From positions 1,800 through 65,799 of the forward strand of contig CALKAI010000046.1 of the NCBI GenBank assembly GCA_937983275.1: a DNA stretch of 64,000 nucleotides, given 5' to 3'. The DNA is from an uncultured Trueperaceae bacterium (GTDB lineage Bacteria > Deinococcota > Deinococci > Deinococcales > Trueperaceae). The first letter of the stretch is position 1, and each line of letters starts with the position of its first letter. Made by a program: the position numbers and the translations under genes. This document shows positions 10,260 to 18,740 of this stretch, in pieces. The notes under the pieces were generated by a model. The model searched no databases. It worked only from the letters and a program-made list of their open reading frames with translations, and was not told the DNA's origin.

Positions 10260-11261
10260 TTACTCGACGGACCGCTTGTCCACACGCCTGGCGCCCAGAA
10301 GCACGAGACCGCCAACCACGGGACCTATCAGGAGGTAGATGTAGTGCTGGAAGATGCGCCACAGGAGGATCGACATGGAGAGCGAGCTGGAGCTCACGTG
10401 GCCCCGCAACGCCAGGCTCATCACGCCCTCCTGGTAGCCACTGGCGCCCGGGGTGGGCACGAGGAACGCGAACGCATGGAATACCACTTGGCTGGCGTAG
10501 ACGACCACGTGGTTGGCCGACTGCGCCAGCGCGAGTACGACCAGGTTGAGGACCAGGAAGTAGGGCACCCGGGCCAGTGCCGAGAGCACGTGGAAGCCCA
10601 GGTGCCAGTGCCAGGGCCGGGCAGAGTAAACCGCCCCCGCCACCTGCAGATCTGCAAGAAACGAGTCGATCTTCGGCTTGAAGCGGCGCAGCAGGGGGAG
10701 GCTCGACAGCTTCCCGACGAGACGGATTGCAACGGGCAACCGGAACACCAGCAGGTAGCTGAGCCCGATTGCCAGGAGCGAGAGGACCGTTACCAGCAGC
10801 CCCGCCTGCGCGAACGGCAGTGTCACGCCCGCCGCCTTGAGCACGAAGAAGGAGGTTGGCACCGCCCAGGCGAAGAACGCGAGGTCGCCAACCATGCACA
10901 TGACTGCAACCGCCAGGGCCTGGTCGAACGAGAGGCCAAAGCGGTGGAGGATGAGGGTTATGCCGATCGAGTTGCCGCCGCCGGCCGGCGTCGCGGCCGC
11001 GCTGAAGCTGCCCATCACGTGCGTCTGGATCCCCTCCAGGAGGTTTGTACTGCGCCGCGACTGGCGGGTGAGGTAGTTGATCCGCAGGCCGGCCAGCAGC
11101 CAGCCGGCCAGGATGACCGCAACGATGAGGGACAGGGACCTGACGGTGAGGGTGTCGACAGCGCGGATCGCATCGCGGCTGAAGTCGTCGGGGGCGATCA
11201 GGTAGAGCGCCAGCACGCCCAGAAGCAGGGACACCACTACTGCCAGCAGCAGCCTCTTCAC
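10260..11261 (-). CDS. Flippase-like polytopic membrane protein (LPG_synthase_TM / UPF0104-like)
   Basis: The ORF is a polytopic hydrophobic protein. I prefer the GTG at 11261 because it forms a GTGA overlap with the upstream glycosyltransferase stop codon. The longest ORF starts at 11294. Confidence 0.7.
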   Translation of the reverse strand: MKRLLLAVVVSLLLGVLALYLIAPDDFSRDAIRAVDTLTVRSLSLIVAVILAGWLLAGLRINYLTRQSRRSTNLLEGIQTHVMGSFSAAATPAGGGNSIGITLILHRFGLSFDQALAVAVMCMVGDLAFFAWAVPTSFFVLKAAGVTLPFAQAGLLVTVLSLLAIGLSYLLVFRLPVAIRLVGKLSSLPLLRRFKPKIDSFLADLQVAGAVYSARPWHWHLGFHVLSALARVPYFLVLNLVVLALAQSANHVVVYASQVVFHAFAFLVPTPGASGYQEGVMSLALRGHVSSSSLSMSILLWRIFQHYIYLLIGPVVGGLVLLGARRVDKRSVE

Positions 11262-12481
11262 GCCCGATGCAGCGAGCCTACTCCCTCGCCGCAAACCTCC
11301 CTTGCCGGTGTTCTCTCCTGGGCGTAATGGCTTATGTAGCGGGCGATCCTTTCAGCCATTCCCGGGAAGTCCAGCGCGGCCGTCTTCGCCTTTATCTCGT
11401 CCAGCCGCTCGGGGTTCGCCCGCAGTTCGGCCACCACGCCGGGCAGCTGCTCTACGGGCGTGTACCCGCCCAGGTCGTTGCGCTCGAGCATGGCCAGCAG
11501 CTTGTTCTCGGCCATGCCGAAGGTGTTGGGAGCGAAGAGGGGCCTGCCGACGGCGAGAGTCTCGTAGACGGTTGCCGGGCCCGTCTTGCCCACGACGACA
11601 TCGGCGGCGGCCAGGTAGGTGGCGACGTCGTTCACGAAGCCCACCACCCGCAGGTTGGGCCGCTCGCGGGCGAGCTGCTCCAGCTGCTCCTTAAGACGCT
11701 CGTTGCGGCCGGCGATCACCAGCACGACGTTCTCCGGGTCGTCGGTGAGGATCTTCGCGATTTCGAGCGACTCGCCGCCCACGCCCTCGCCTCCGAGGGA
11801 GACGAGGCACACGAAGCCGGGCGGCAGCTGCAACTCCTCGCGCGCGGCGCTCTTGCTGGGCGGGTTGAGGAACTGCTCGCGGACCGGGTAGCCGACCACG
11901 TCTACCCGGTCCGCAGGAAGGCCAAAGCGGATGAGCAGGTCGCGGGAGACGTGCGAGGCGACGATGAAACGCTCGGCCTGCGGGTCGGCCCACAATGCAT
12001 TGGCGTTCATTGTCGAGGTCTCGAAGTTCAGGACCGGCACGCGCAGCCCAAACTCCCGCTGCGCAAGCGTCATTGCGACGGTAAGCCAGCCATGGTTGGC
12101 GACCACGAGGGCGGGATCCTGCTCGTTCAGCACCTGAGCGGCCTTGCGCGCAAACGAGCGCAGCAGGGCCCTGTGAAAACCGATGCTGCCTGCCGGAAAG
12201 GCATCGAGCAGGCGCTGCCCCCACACGATCGTCCAGGGGTTCTCCAGCGCCCGGCGCCAGCCGGCCTTGTGCCGCCTGTCCAGCCGCTCGAAGCCGTACT
12301 CGGGCATCGGCTCGAACACCTTCGGTTCGAACCGGTTCCCCTCGTGCCGGGTCACGGCCTGCGCCATCGCGGTTGCCGTGCTCACGTGCGACCCGCCGGC
12401 TGCGATGGTGGTGAACAGGATGGAGTCGAGCGCCTGGCTCGACCCTTCACCGGATGCGGCTGTAGTAATCACCTGACTCAT
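11258..12481 (-). CDS. Glycosyltransferase, MGDG-synthase/UgtP-like (GT28-type lipid glycosyltransferase)
   Basis: The N-terminus ILFTTIAAGGSHVSTATAMAQAV resembles the MGDG_synth N-domain. The C-terminal GT-B half reads LVSLGGEGVGG...VVGKTGPATVYETLAVGRPL. I prefer the ATG at 12481; the longest ORF starts at 12502. Confidence 0.75.
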   Translation of the reverse strand: MSQVITTAASGEGSSQALDSILFTTIAAGGSHVSTATAMAQAVTRHEGNRFEPKVFEPMPEYGFERLDRRHKAGWRRALENPWTIVWGQRLLDAFPAGSIGFHRALLRSFARKAAQVLNEQDPALVVANHGWLTVAMTLAQREFGLRVPVLNFETSTMNANALWADPQAERFIVASHVSRDLLIRFGLPADRVDVVGYPVREQFLNPPSKSAAREELQLPPGFVCLVSLGGEGVGGESLEIAKILTDDPENVVLVIAGRNERLKEQLEQLARERPNLRVVGFVNDVATYLAAADVVVGKTGPATVYETLAVGRPLFAPNTFGMAENKLLAMLERNDLGGYTPVEQLPGVVAELRANPERLDEIKAKTAALDFPGMAERIARYISHYAQERTPAREVCGEGVGSLHRA

Positions 12482-12529
12482 GCTTTCCTTCTCACTTTCC
12501 ACCCCGACGGATCGACTGTCCGTCTACTG

Positions 12530-13543
12530 TCACTCACTGTCCCGCAGCCAGCGGCTCAGCTGCACATCGTTGCGCAGCGACCATGCCAGCCCTTCGCGCC
12601 AGCCGTAGGCGGGCCTGTACCCCAGCTCCTCGCGGGCGTGGCTTATGTCGAAGTGAACGTCCCTGGCCATGAGGCGGCCCTGGTAAGCGGTTAGCGGCGG
12701 CTGGCTGTCGGTGGCGAAGAACCTGAAGAGGCCCTCGACACCGGCACCCGCTCCACGCGCAAGCCAATCGGGCAGAGAATAACCCACCGCGCCCCCCACC
12801 AGCCCCGCAAGCTCGCCCAGCACCTCGCGCCAGGTGGGTGCCCCCTCGTCGGCGATGACGTAGCTGCGCCCGGCAATCCCCGGAGTAAGCGCGGCAAGCT
12901 CGATCCCCGCTACCAGGTTGAGGACGAACGCAGTGTTCAGGACGGCTTTGCCGCCGTTGACCAGCGGCAGTCTTCCGGTCCGCAACGCAGCGACCACCCG
13001 CGCGAGCTGCGGGTCCCTGCTGCCGAACGGCCACAGCCCCGGGCGAACGATGACGGCCTCGCCTGGGTAGCTCTCCACGAGTTGCTCTGCCCCGATCTTG
13101 GAGAGGGCGTAGGCCGGTGAGGTCGCGTCACGCGGCGTGGTGCGCGGTGAGGCGTTCACGAAGCCGTTGTAGCGGTGTACGGCCACGGAGGAGATGAGCA
13201 CGAAGCGGGGGCGTTCGCCCGCCTGGGCCTCCTCGAGCAGGTTCGCCGTACCCTCCACGTTGGTGCGCAGGAAGGGCGCGAGGGGCCCCCAGTCGCGGGC
13301 CAGGGCAGCGGCGTGCACGACGACGTCCACGCCCTCCGTGACGCCCTGCAGCTGTTCGCCGTCGGCGATGTCCCCCCGGACGATCTCCAGGCGGTCGCTC
13401 TCCAGGACGGCGTTCAGGTTGCCCAGGTCGCCCCAGGGGGAGACCAGGCCCCGCACCCGGTGCCCCTGACGCAACAGATGCTCGACAAGGTGGCTGCCTA
13501 TGAAGCCGTGCGCTCCCGTGACGAGGAAAGTGTGTGCGTTCAT
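12530..13543 (-). CDS. NAD-dependent epimerase/dehydratase family (extended SDR) protein
   Basis: The Rossmann motif VTGAHGFIGSHLVEHL and the catalytic YxxxK (YALSKIGAE) are present. The ATG overlaps the upstream stop codon (ATGA at 13540-13543). Confidence 0.88.
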   Translation of the reverse strand: MNAHTFLVTGAHGFIGSHLVEHLLRQGHRVRGLVSPWGDLGNLNAVLESDRLEIVRGDIADGEQLQGVTEGVDVVVHAAALARDWGPLAPFLRTNVEGTANLLEEAQAGERPRFVLISSVAVHRYNGFVNASPRTTPRDATSPAYALSKIGAEQLVESYPGEAVIVRPGLWPFGSRDPQLARVVAALRTGRLPLVNGGKAVLNTAFVLNLVAGIELAALTPGIAGRSYVIADEGAPTWREVLGELAGLVGGAVGYSLPDWLARGAGAGVEGLFRFFATDSQPPLTAYQGRLMARDVHFDISHAREELGYRPAYGWREGLAWSLRNDVQLSRWLRDSE

Positions 13544-14298
13544 GGGCCGCCGAATGCCAGGTGTCCCGACTGCAACAGCGAAAAGAAGTCGGTTGACACG
13601 CCCAGCGCCAGGTGGATCAGGAACACGTAGAGGACCGACCGGGTGCGCCAGGCGATGACCCCGAAGAGGAGGCCGGCGGGGACGGCGGCGATCGTCTCGG
13701 CCAGCGGCTTGCCCAGGTGCAGCAGGGCCGAAGCGACGGTCTGGAGCCAGAGCGCGCCCCTCCAGCCCATGCTGGGGGCAAGCCCGCGCAGCAGCAGGCC
13801 GCGGTAGAAGAACTCGTAGGCGAGGTAGTAGAGGGCGTAGATCGCGCTCCAGGAGAGGAACGCCAGCCAGCTGCCACCGGCCCAGGCGCCCGCCCAGGGG
13901 TAGGTGAAGCGGATGCCGCTGTCGAAGCTGCCCAGAAATCCGATGAGCACGGCTGCGGGGATGCCGAGGAGCAGGGCCTGCCGCCCCAGGCGGCGGTCAC
14001 CTGCGCTGAGGCCCAGGCTGCGCCCGTCGAGCTCCAGGGGCCTGGCCAGCAGCAGCGGTATGAGGAAGAGCAGCAGGAGCGCCCACAGTACGGAGCGCAG
14101 GCCGGTAAGCGGATCGCGTGGCGTGCCGGGCAGGGGAGCCCCGAAGTACCAGTAGGCGATCTGCAGCAGCAGCGAAAGCGCCAGAATGGCCCAGGTCACG
14201 TTCCGGGAGCTGAATATCGCACTGAAATCCCGGCGCAGCGCAGGCAACAGGTTCAGGCGTTCTTCCTGGTCGTCGTGCTCGTCGTGCTGGCCGTTCAT
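13540..14298 (-). CDS. CPBP-family (CAAX/Abi-like) intramembrane metalloprotease-like protein
   Basis: Starting at MNGQHDEH (ATG 14298) gives a polytopic protein with CPBP-like motifs: YEFFYRGLL (EExxxR-like), ASALLHLGK and FLIHLALG. ATGA overlaps occur at both ends (14295-14298 and 13540-13543). The 401-aa track ORF is an Arg/Pro-rich over-extension. Confidence 0.75.
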   Translation of the reverse strand: MNGQHDEHDDQEERLNLLPALRRDFSAIFSSRNVTWAILALSLLLQIAYWYFGAPLPGTPRDPLTGLRSVLWALLLLFLIPLLLARPLELDGRSLGLSAGDRRLGRQALLLGIPAAVLIGFLGSFDSGIRFTYPWAGAWAGGSWLAFLSWSAIYALYYLAYEFFYRGLLLRGLAPSMGWRGALWLQTVASALLHLGKPLAETIAAVPAGLLFGVIAWRTRSVLYVFLIHLALGVSTDFFSLLQSGHLAFGGP

Positions 14299-15428
14299 AC
14301 CGCTTTCTGGTAGAGCCTGTACCTCTTGTAGAGGGTGGCTCCGGATACCTCGATCCCCCTGTTCATCGCGGTGTTCGTTTCCAGCACCCAGGAGCACTCG
14401 CCCTCCACCCAGCCCAGTTCGCGGGCCCGGCGGGCCGTCTCGTCGATGAGCAGCAGTTCGAAGCCGCGGCCGCGGAACTCCGGCAGCACGCCCAGGATGG
14501 GCATGCGCCCGCGGTTCACGTACCGGCGGCGCTGCAGGAGGCAAAGAATGCCGAACGGCAGCAGCCGGCCGCCTATCCTGCTGAACACCTGGTTGATGTC
14601 TGGAATGGTCACGGAGAGCCCGGCCACCTCGCCGTCGACCTCCACGAAAAGCACCAGGTCGGGCTCGAGGATGAGCTTGAGTTCGCTGATGAGCGCGTCG
14701 AACTCGGCCTCCGTGTACTTGACGAAGCCCCAGTTCTTCTCCCACGCCTCGTTGTAGATGCGCTTGAGTATCGCCGCGTCACGCTCCAGATTCTTCATGT
14801 CCGCGCCGCGAATGGTTACGTCCGGGTGCCGGCGCTTGACCCGCTGGGCGAGGCGGGCCAGCCGTTCGCTGGTGCCTTCGCCGACATCGAACTCCCAGGC
14901 GTAGAGGTCCATGGCCTTCCCGTAGCCGGCCGCCTCGACGTACCTGGGGTACTCGGGCGGGTTTTGCGGCATCATCACGTACGGCCGGGTATCGAACGCC
15001 TCCAGCTGGAAGCCGGAGCCGTCGTTCATGGACGGGTTCGCGGGTCCGCGCACCAGGGTACGGCCCAGCTGCCGGGCCCTGTCCTCCACCGTGCGGAGCA
15101 GGATTCCTGCCACCTCCTCGTCGCACGCTTCGAAGAAGCCGAAGAAGAGGAGGTTGTCGCCGTGCGTTGCATTGTGGTTGTCGTCGTCGATTGCCGCGAT
15201 CCGGCCCACCACCCGGTTCTCCCGCCAGGCCAGGTAGAGGTCCATTCGCGCGTGCTCAAAAAAGGGGTTCTTCCGCGGGTTGAACTTCTCCCATTCGCCT
15301 ATCAGCAGCGGCGGGACCCAATTGGGGTCTCCCCGGTACAGCTGGTAGGGGAACTCGATGAAGCGGCGCAAGCTGCTGCGCCCCTCGACCCGTTCCACCG
15401 TCACGCGGCCCATGGCGACACTCGTCAT
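14295..15428 (-). CDS. Large (377 aa) GNAT-like acyltransferase of unknown specificity
   Basis: The N-terminal block FIEFPYQLYRGDPNWVPPLLIGEWEKFNPRKNPFFEHA...VGRIAAIDD belongs to a widespread uncharacterised GNAT-related family. The C-terminal half looks acyl-CoA N-acyltransferase-like (GVLPEFRGRGFELLLI). Confidence 0.7.
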   Translation of the reverse strand: MTSVAMGRVTVERVEGRSSLRRFIEFPYQLYRGDPNWVPPLLIGEWEKFNPRKNPFFEHARMDLYLAWRENRVVGRIAAIDDDNHNATHGDNLLFFGFFEACDEEVAGILLRTVEDRARQLGRTLVRGPANPSMNDGSGFQLEAFDTRPYVMMPQNPPEYPRYVEAAGYGKAMDLYAWEFDVGEGTSERLARLAQRVKRRHPDVTIRGADMKNLERDAAILKRIYNEAWEKNWGFVKYTEAEFDALISELKLILEPDLVLFVEVDGEVAGLSVTIPDINQVFSRIGGRLLPFGILCLLQRRRYVNRGRMPILGVLPEFRGRGFELLLIDETARRARELGWVEGECSWVLETNTAMNRGIEVSGATLYKRYRLYQKAV

Positions 15429-15515
15429 TGCTACTCCCGCGCCGCCCCCGGCGATCCCCTGTCGATTGCAGAGCGAGGGCGCAGCCGCGGCAGCGGCCGC
15501 GCCGGCTGCACTACC

Positions 15516-16727
15516 CTAGCCGACCATGCCGAAGCGCCTGCCGACAGCCTCGAAGGCAGAGAGAAGGATGTCCAGCTGCTCATCGGTATGGTTCGCATTC
15601 ACGCTCGTCCTGATTATCGATTGCCCCTGCGGCACACCCGGAGGCAGCGCCGGAGTGGTGAACACGCCCTCCTCCCAGAGTGCCTTCCAGAAAAGCATGG
15701 TGAGGTCGTCGGGGCCAATCAGGACGGGAACGATGGGCGTTTGTGAGCCCAGCGTATCGAAGCCCAGGGAGTTTATGCCGTCCCGCAACTTGCGCACGTT
15801 GCGCCACAACTGATCGCGCAGTCCCGGTTCGCTCTGGATGATGTCGAGGGCCTTGAGCGCTGCAGCCATCTGCATCGCGGGGAGCGCTGCCGTGAAGATG
15901 AATGGCCGCGCTACGTGCTTGATGTAGTTGATGACCTCGCGGTCGCCGGCGGCGAAGCCGCCTACGGAGCCGAACGCCTTGGAGAAGGTCCCGACGATGA
16001 GGTCGACCTCGTCCTCGAGTCCGTAGTACTCGGCCGTCCCCCGGCCCCCTTCGCCCAGGATGCCGGTGGCATGAGCGTCATCGACGATGACCCTGGCGTT
16101 GTACTTTCGGGCGACAGCGACGATCTCCGGCAGTTTTGCAATGTGACCGCTCATGGAGAACACCCCATCGGTGACGATGATGCGGCCGCCCGGCCTTTCG
16201 ATGTCGCGCTGCAGGAGCCGCTCCAGCTGACCGATGTCGTTATGGTCGTACTTCCGCAGGGTGCCGAAGCCCAGGCGCGCGCCGTCGTACAGGCAGGCGT
16301 GATTCTCCCGGTCGAAGTAAAGGATGTCGTGCCTGCCGGAGAGCGCACTCAGGACGGACAGGGAGCCCAGGTAGCCTGCGCTGAACGTCAGGACCGACTC
16401 CTTGTTGAGGTACGTGGCGAGGTTCTCTTCCAGGGCCTCGTGAAGGCTCAGGGTGCCGGTCAGGAACCTCGAGCCGGTGCAACTCGTACCGAAGTCGTTG
16501 AGGGCGTCTCTGGCTGCACCCTTAAGGCGGGGGTCCTGGGTAAGTCCCAGGTAGTCGTTCGACCCGGTGATGACCATCTCCTGCCCATCGACGGTCACGG
16601 TGCCGCCATGCTGCGCGGCAATGGGCTTGAAGTACGGGTGCATTCCGGCGGCCTGCGCTTCGTCGGCCCGTTTGAATGCGTAGGCCTTGGCGAAGGCGTC
16701 CGCAGTCTCTTTCACCGGCATTTCCAT
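15516..16727 (-). CDS. PLP-dependent alpha-oxoamine synthase (serine palmitoyltransferase / BioF / Kbl family)
   Basis: Family motifs are present: SNDYLGL, DDAHATGILGEGGRG, the PLP-lysine motif GTFSKAFGSVGGF, and the C-terminus IIRTSVNANHTDEQLD. I prefer the ATG at 16727 (MEMPVKE). The longest ORF (to 16925) adds an implausible N-terminal extension. Confidence 0.9.
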   Translation of the reverse strand: MEMPVKETADAFAKAYAFKRADEAQAAGMHPYFKPIAAQHGGTVTVDGQEMVITGSNDYLGLTQDPRLKGAARDALNDFGTSCTGSRFLTGTLSLHEALEENLATYLNKESVLTFSAGYLGSLSVLSALSGRHDILYFDRENHACLYDGARLGFGTLRKYDHNDIGQLERLLQRDIERPGGRIIVTDGVFSMSGHIAKLPEIVAVARKYNARVIVDDAHATGILGEGGRGTAEYYGLEDEVDLIVGTFSKAFGSVGGFAAGDREVINYIKHVARPFIFTAALPAMQMAAALKALDIIQSEPGLRDQLWRNVRKLRDGINSLGFDTLGSQTPIVPVLIGPDDLTMLFWKALWEEGVFTTPALPPGVPQGQSIIRTSVNANHTDEQLDILLSAFEAVGRRFGMVG

Positions 16728-16938
16728 AACGGCAGAGGATCTCGCGGCAACTCGTTGTTTCTCAGGGGTATTGCTAATTTCAGACAAAAGGGCCTCCGCG
16801 CAGTTAAAGCAAGGCGCAATGTAGCAGTCTAACACGCGACCTGCTGCATGACTTATTCTGAGCAGCACCATTTCTACGGGTCCAATGGCTGTGCACTGAA
16901 TGTGACCGGCCCTTCCAGGGGCCAAACCTGTGCGGCAG

Positions 16939-16944
16939 TATAAT
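16939..16944 (+). promoter_or_regulatory. Consensus -10 box TATAAT 6 nt upstream of an in-frame GTG (16951); candidate leaderless promoter for the GNAT gene
   Basis: The sequence gcagTATAATcattatGTGaac was read directly. The box lies inside the longest-ORF prediction (start 16930), which argues for a downstream start. Confidence 0.45.
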
Positions 16945-16950
16945 CATTAT

Positions 16951-17562
16951 GTGAACACTCAACCTGAAGGGGGTGAGGACGTGCAACTCACGTCCGGGGG
17001 AGTTCTCACCAGGCCGGCCAGCGTTTCGGACGCACCCCTGGTACACGCTCTCTACCATGGCACTCCCAAGTATTTCGACATCATCTCCATCCCGGTGCCG
17101 ACGATTGCCGAGGTGGAGACCGACCTTGAAACTGCGATTCGCGATCACAGGCGGCACGTCGAACTGATCTTTGCCACACCCGACCTCTTCCTGCCCGGCT
17201 GGGAGATCGAAGACTTCCGGACCGGCAGGCAGGTTGTTGGCTACCTTGACTACAAGCTCGATTACCCTGAGGCCGGGGACGCGACCGTCAACCTCCTGCT
17301 GATACACAGCGCCGTCCAGAGCAACGGCATAGGCCGCCGTTGCGTCGAAGACCTGGAGGACCGCCTGCGTTCCCTCGGTGAGGTGAAACGGGTTCTCGCC
17401 AGCATCTTTGGCCAGAACACCAGGGCGCAACGGTTCTGGGAGCGGCTGGGGTACGAGTTCGCCATTGACGCCAAGCCGGTGCTTGACTGGTACGCTAAGG
17501 AGCTTCGCCCCGGCGGCGAGGGATTGAGCAGAAGCGTCGCGCCTGAGCACTCCCTGACCTAG
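16951..17562 (+). CDS. GNAT-family N-acetyltransferase
   Basis: The acetyl-CoA binding region LLLIHSAVQSNGIGRRCVEDLEDRL and the motif RAQRFWERLGYEF are present. The start is uncertain: GTG 16930 (longest), GTG 16951 (leaderless model), or GTG 16981 (preceded by GGGGGTGAGG). Confidence 0.7.
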   Translation: MNTQPEGGEDVQLTSGGVLTRPASVSDAPLVHALYHGTPKYFDIISIPVPTIAEVETDLETAIRDHRRHVELIFATPDLFLPGWEIEDFRTGRQVVGYLDYKLDYPEAGDATVNLLLIHSAVQSNGIGRRCVEDLEDRLRSLGEVKRVLASIFGQNTRAQRFWERLGYEFAIDAKPVLDWYAKELRPGGEGLSRSVAPEHSLT

Positions 17563-17698
17563 GCCGTCCGCGGGCAGTAAACAGGAAGTGCGCCCATGGC
17601 GGCCGTCTGGCCCGGTACGTTATCCTGCGACTGTTGAGACAGGTGCGGTCGCCATTCTGTGCTGGCGCGCGTTTGCATGTCATCGGAGGCAATCAGTA

Positions 17699-18256
17699 AT
17701 GATCAGTGTCACGGACCTACGCAACGGAACCAAGGTCGAGATGGACGGTGGGCTATGGGAGTGTCTGGAGTACCAGCACCAGAAGATTGGCCGCGGCGGC
17801 GCCAAGGTCGTAGCCAAGTTCCGGAACCTCGACAACGGCTCCATCGTTGAACGTACCTTCAACTCCGGTGAGAAGTTGCAGGACATCTTCATCGACTACA
17901 AGACGATGCAGTTCCTGTACGACGATGGGGATACCTACACCTTCATGGATCTAGAGACCTACGAGCAGCCCACCCTGTCGCGTGCGCAGATCGGCGACGC
18001 GGCAAAGTGGCTCAAGGAGAACCTCGAGGTGACCGTCGACTACTACGGCGACCGGCCCCTCAAGGTCACGCTCCCGAACATCATCGAGGTGAAGATCGTC
18101 GAAACCGATCCCGGCGTAAAGGGGGACACCGTGTCCGGTGGTTCCAAGCCGGCAAAGGTCGAGACAGGTGCCACCATCCATGTTCCCCTCTTCGTCGAGC
18201 CTGGCACCGTCGTACGGGTCGATACGCGCTCCGGCGAGTACCTGGGGCGTGTCTGA
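17699..18256 (+). CDS. efp: Translation elongation factor P
   Basis: [44 protein letters not shown]... is canonical EF-P. GGAGG lies 9-10 nt upstream of the ATG. Confidence 0.95.
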   Translation: MISVTDLRNGTKVEMDGGLWECLEYQHQKIGRGGAKVVAKFRNLDNGSIVERTFNSGEKLQDIFIDYKTMQFLYDDGDTYTFMDLETYEQPTLSRAQIGDAAKWLKENLEVTVDYYGDRPLKVTLPNIIEVKIVETDPGVKGDTVSGGSKPAKVETGATIHVPLFVEPGTVVRVDTRSGEYLGRV

Positions 18257-18732
18257 TGGACGTCAAGGACATCCGCAGACTGCTGGACGCGCTCACCAAG
18301 AGCGATATCGATGAGTTCAGCCTGGAAACCTCCGATTACAAGCTGAGCATTCGCCGCGGGAGCGCCAGCCTTCCCGGCCAGCCGGCGGTGGTTGCGCAGC
18401 AGGCAACCCCGGCGCAGAGTGCTCCTGCAGCAGCGCCGGAGCCCGAGCCCGCCAGTGCGGAGGCGCCCGCGCCGGCCCCGGCGAACGAGCGCCTGGTCGA
18501 GGTCAACGCGCCCATCGTGGGTACCTTCTACGCCGCACCCTCACCAGACTCGGAGCCGTACGTGAAGGTAGGCGACCGGGTGGAGCGCGGCCAGGTCCTG
18601 TGCATCATCGAGGCGATGAAGCTCATGAATGAGATAGAGGCCGAGGTCTCGGGGACGATCGAAGAGATCCTCGTTCGCAACGAGGACCCGGTCGAGTACG
18701 GGCAGGTCCTCTTCCGGATCGACCCGAGCTGA
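18256..18732 (+). CDS. accB: Acetyl-CoA carboxylase biotin carboxyl carrier protein
   Basis: The biotinyl-lysine motif [15 protein letters not shown] follows an Ala/Pro-rich linker. The ATG overlaps the efp stop codon (TGATG). Confidence 0.93.
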   Translation: MDVKDIRRLLDALTKSDIDEFSLETSDYKLSIRRGSASLPGQPAVVAQQATPAQSAPAAAPEPEPASAEAPAPAPANERLVEVNAPIVGTFYAAPSPDSEPYVKVGDRVERGQVLCIIEAMKLMNEIEAEVSGTIEEILVRNEDPVEYGQVLFRIDPS

Positions 18733-18740
18733 CAGGCCCA

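Noticed and set aside
8372-11327. Very long plus-strand ORFs (8372..10213, 613 aa; 9825..11327, 500 aa) opposite the FtsX permease and flippase-like genes
   Set aside because: They are Arg/Gly/Pro/His-rich low-complexity translations with no motifs. They lie antisense to ORFs with clear family signatures. These are typical shadow ORFs of GC-rich DNA.
14299-14745. N-terminal 149 residues of the 401-aa track ORF 13540..14745
   Set aside because: This part overlaps the 3' end of the GNAT-like gene and is Arg/Pro/Gly-rich. The membrane protein begins at the internal ATG (14298), which forms an ATGA overlap with the upstream stop codon.
16728-16925. N-terminal 66-residue extension of the alpha-oxoamine synthase ORF
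   Set aside because: The extension has no counterpart in the family. The conserved alignment begins shortly after MEMPVKE (ATG 16727). This is uncertain, because an intermediate start cannot be excluded.
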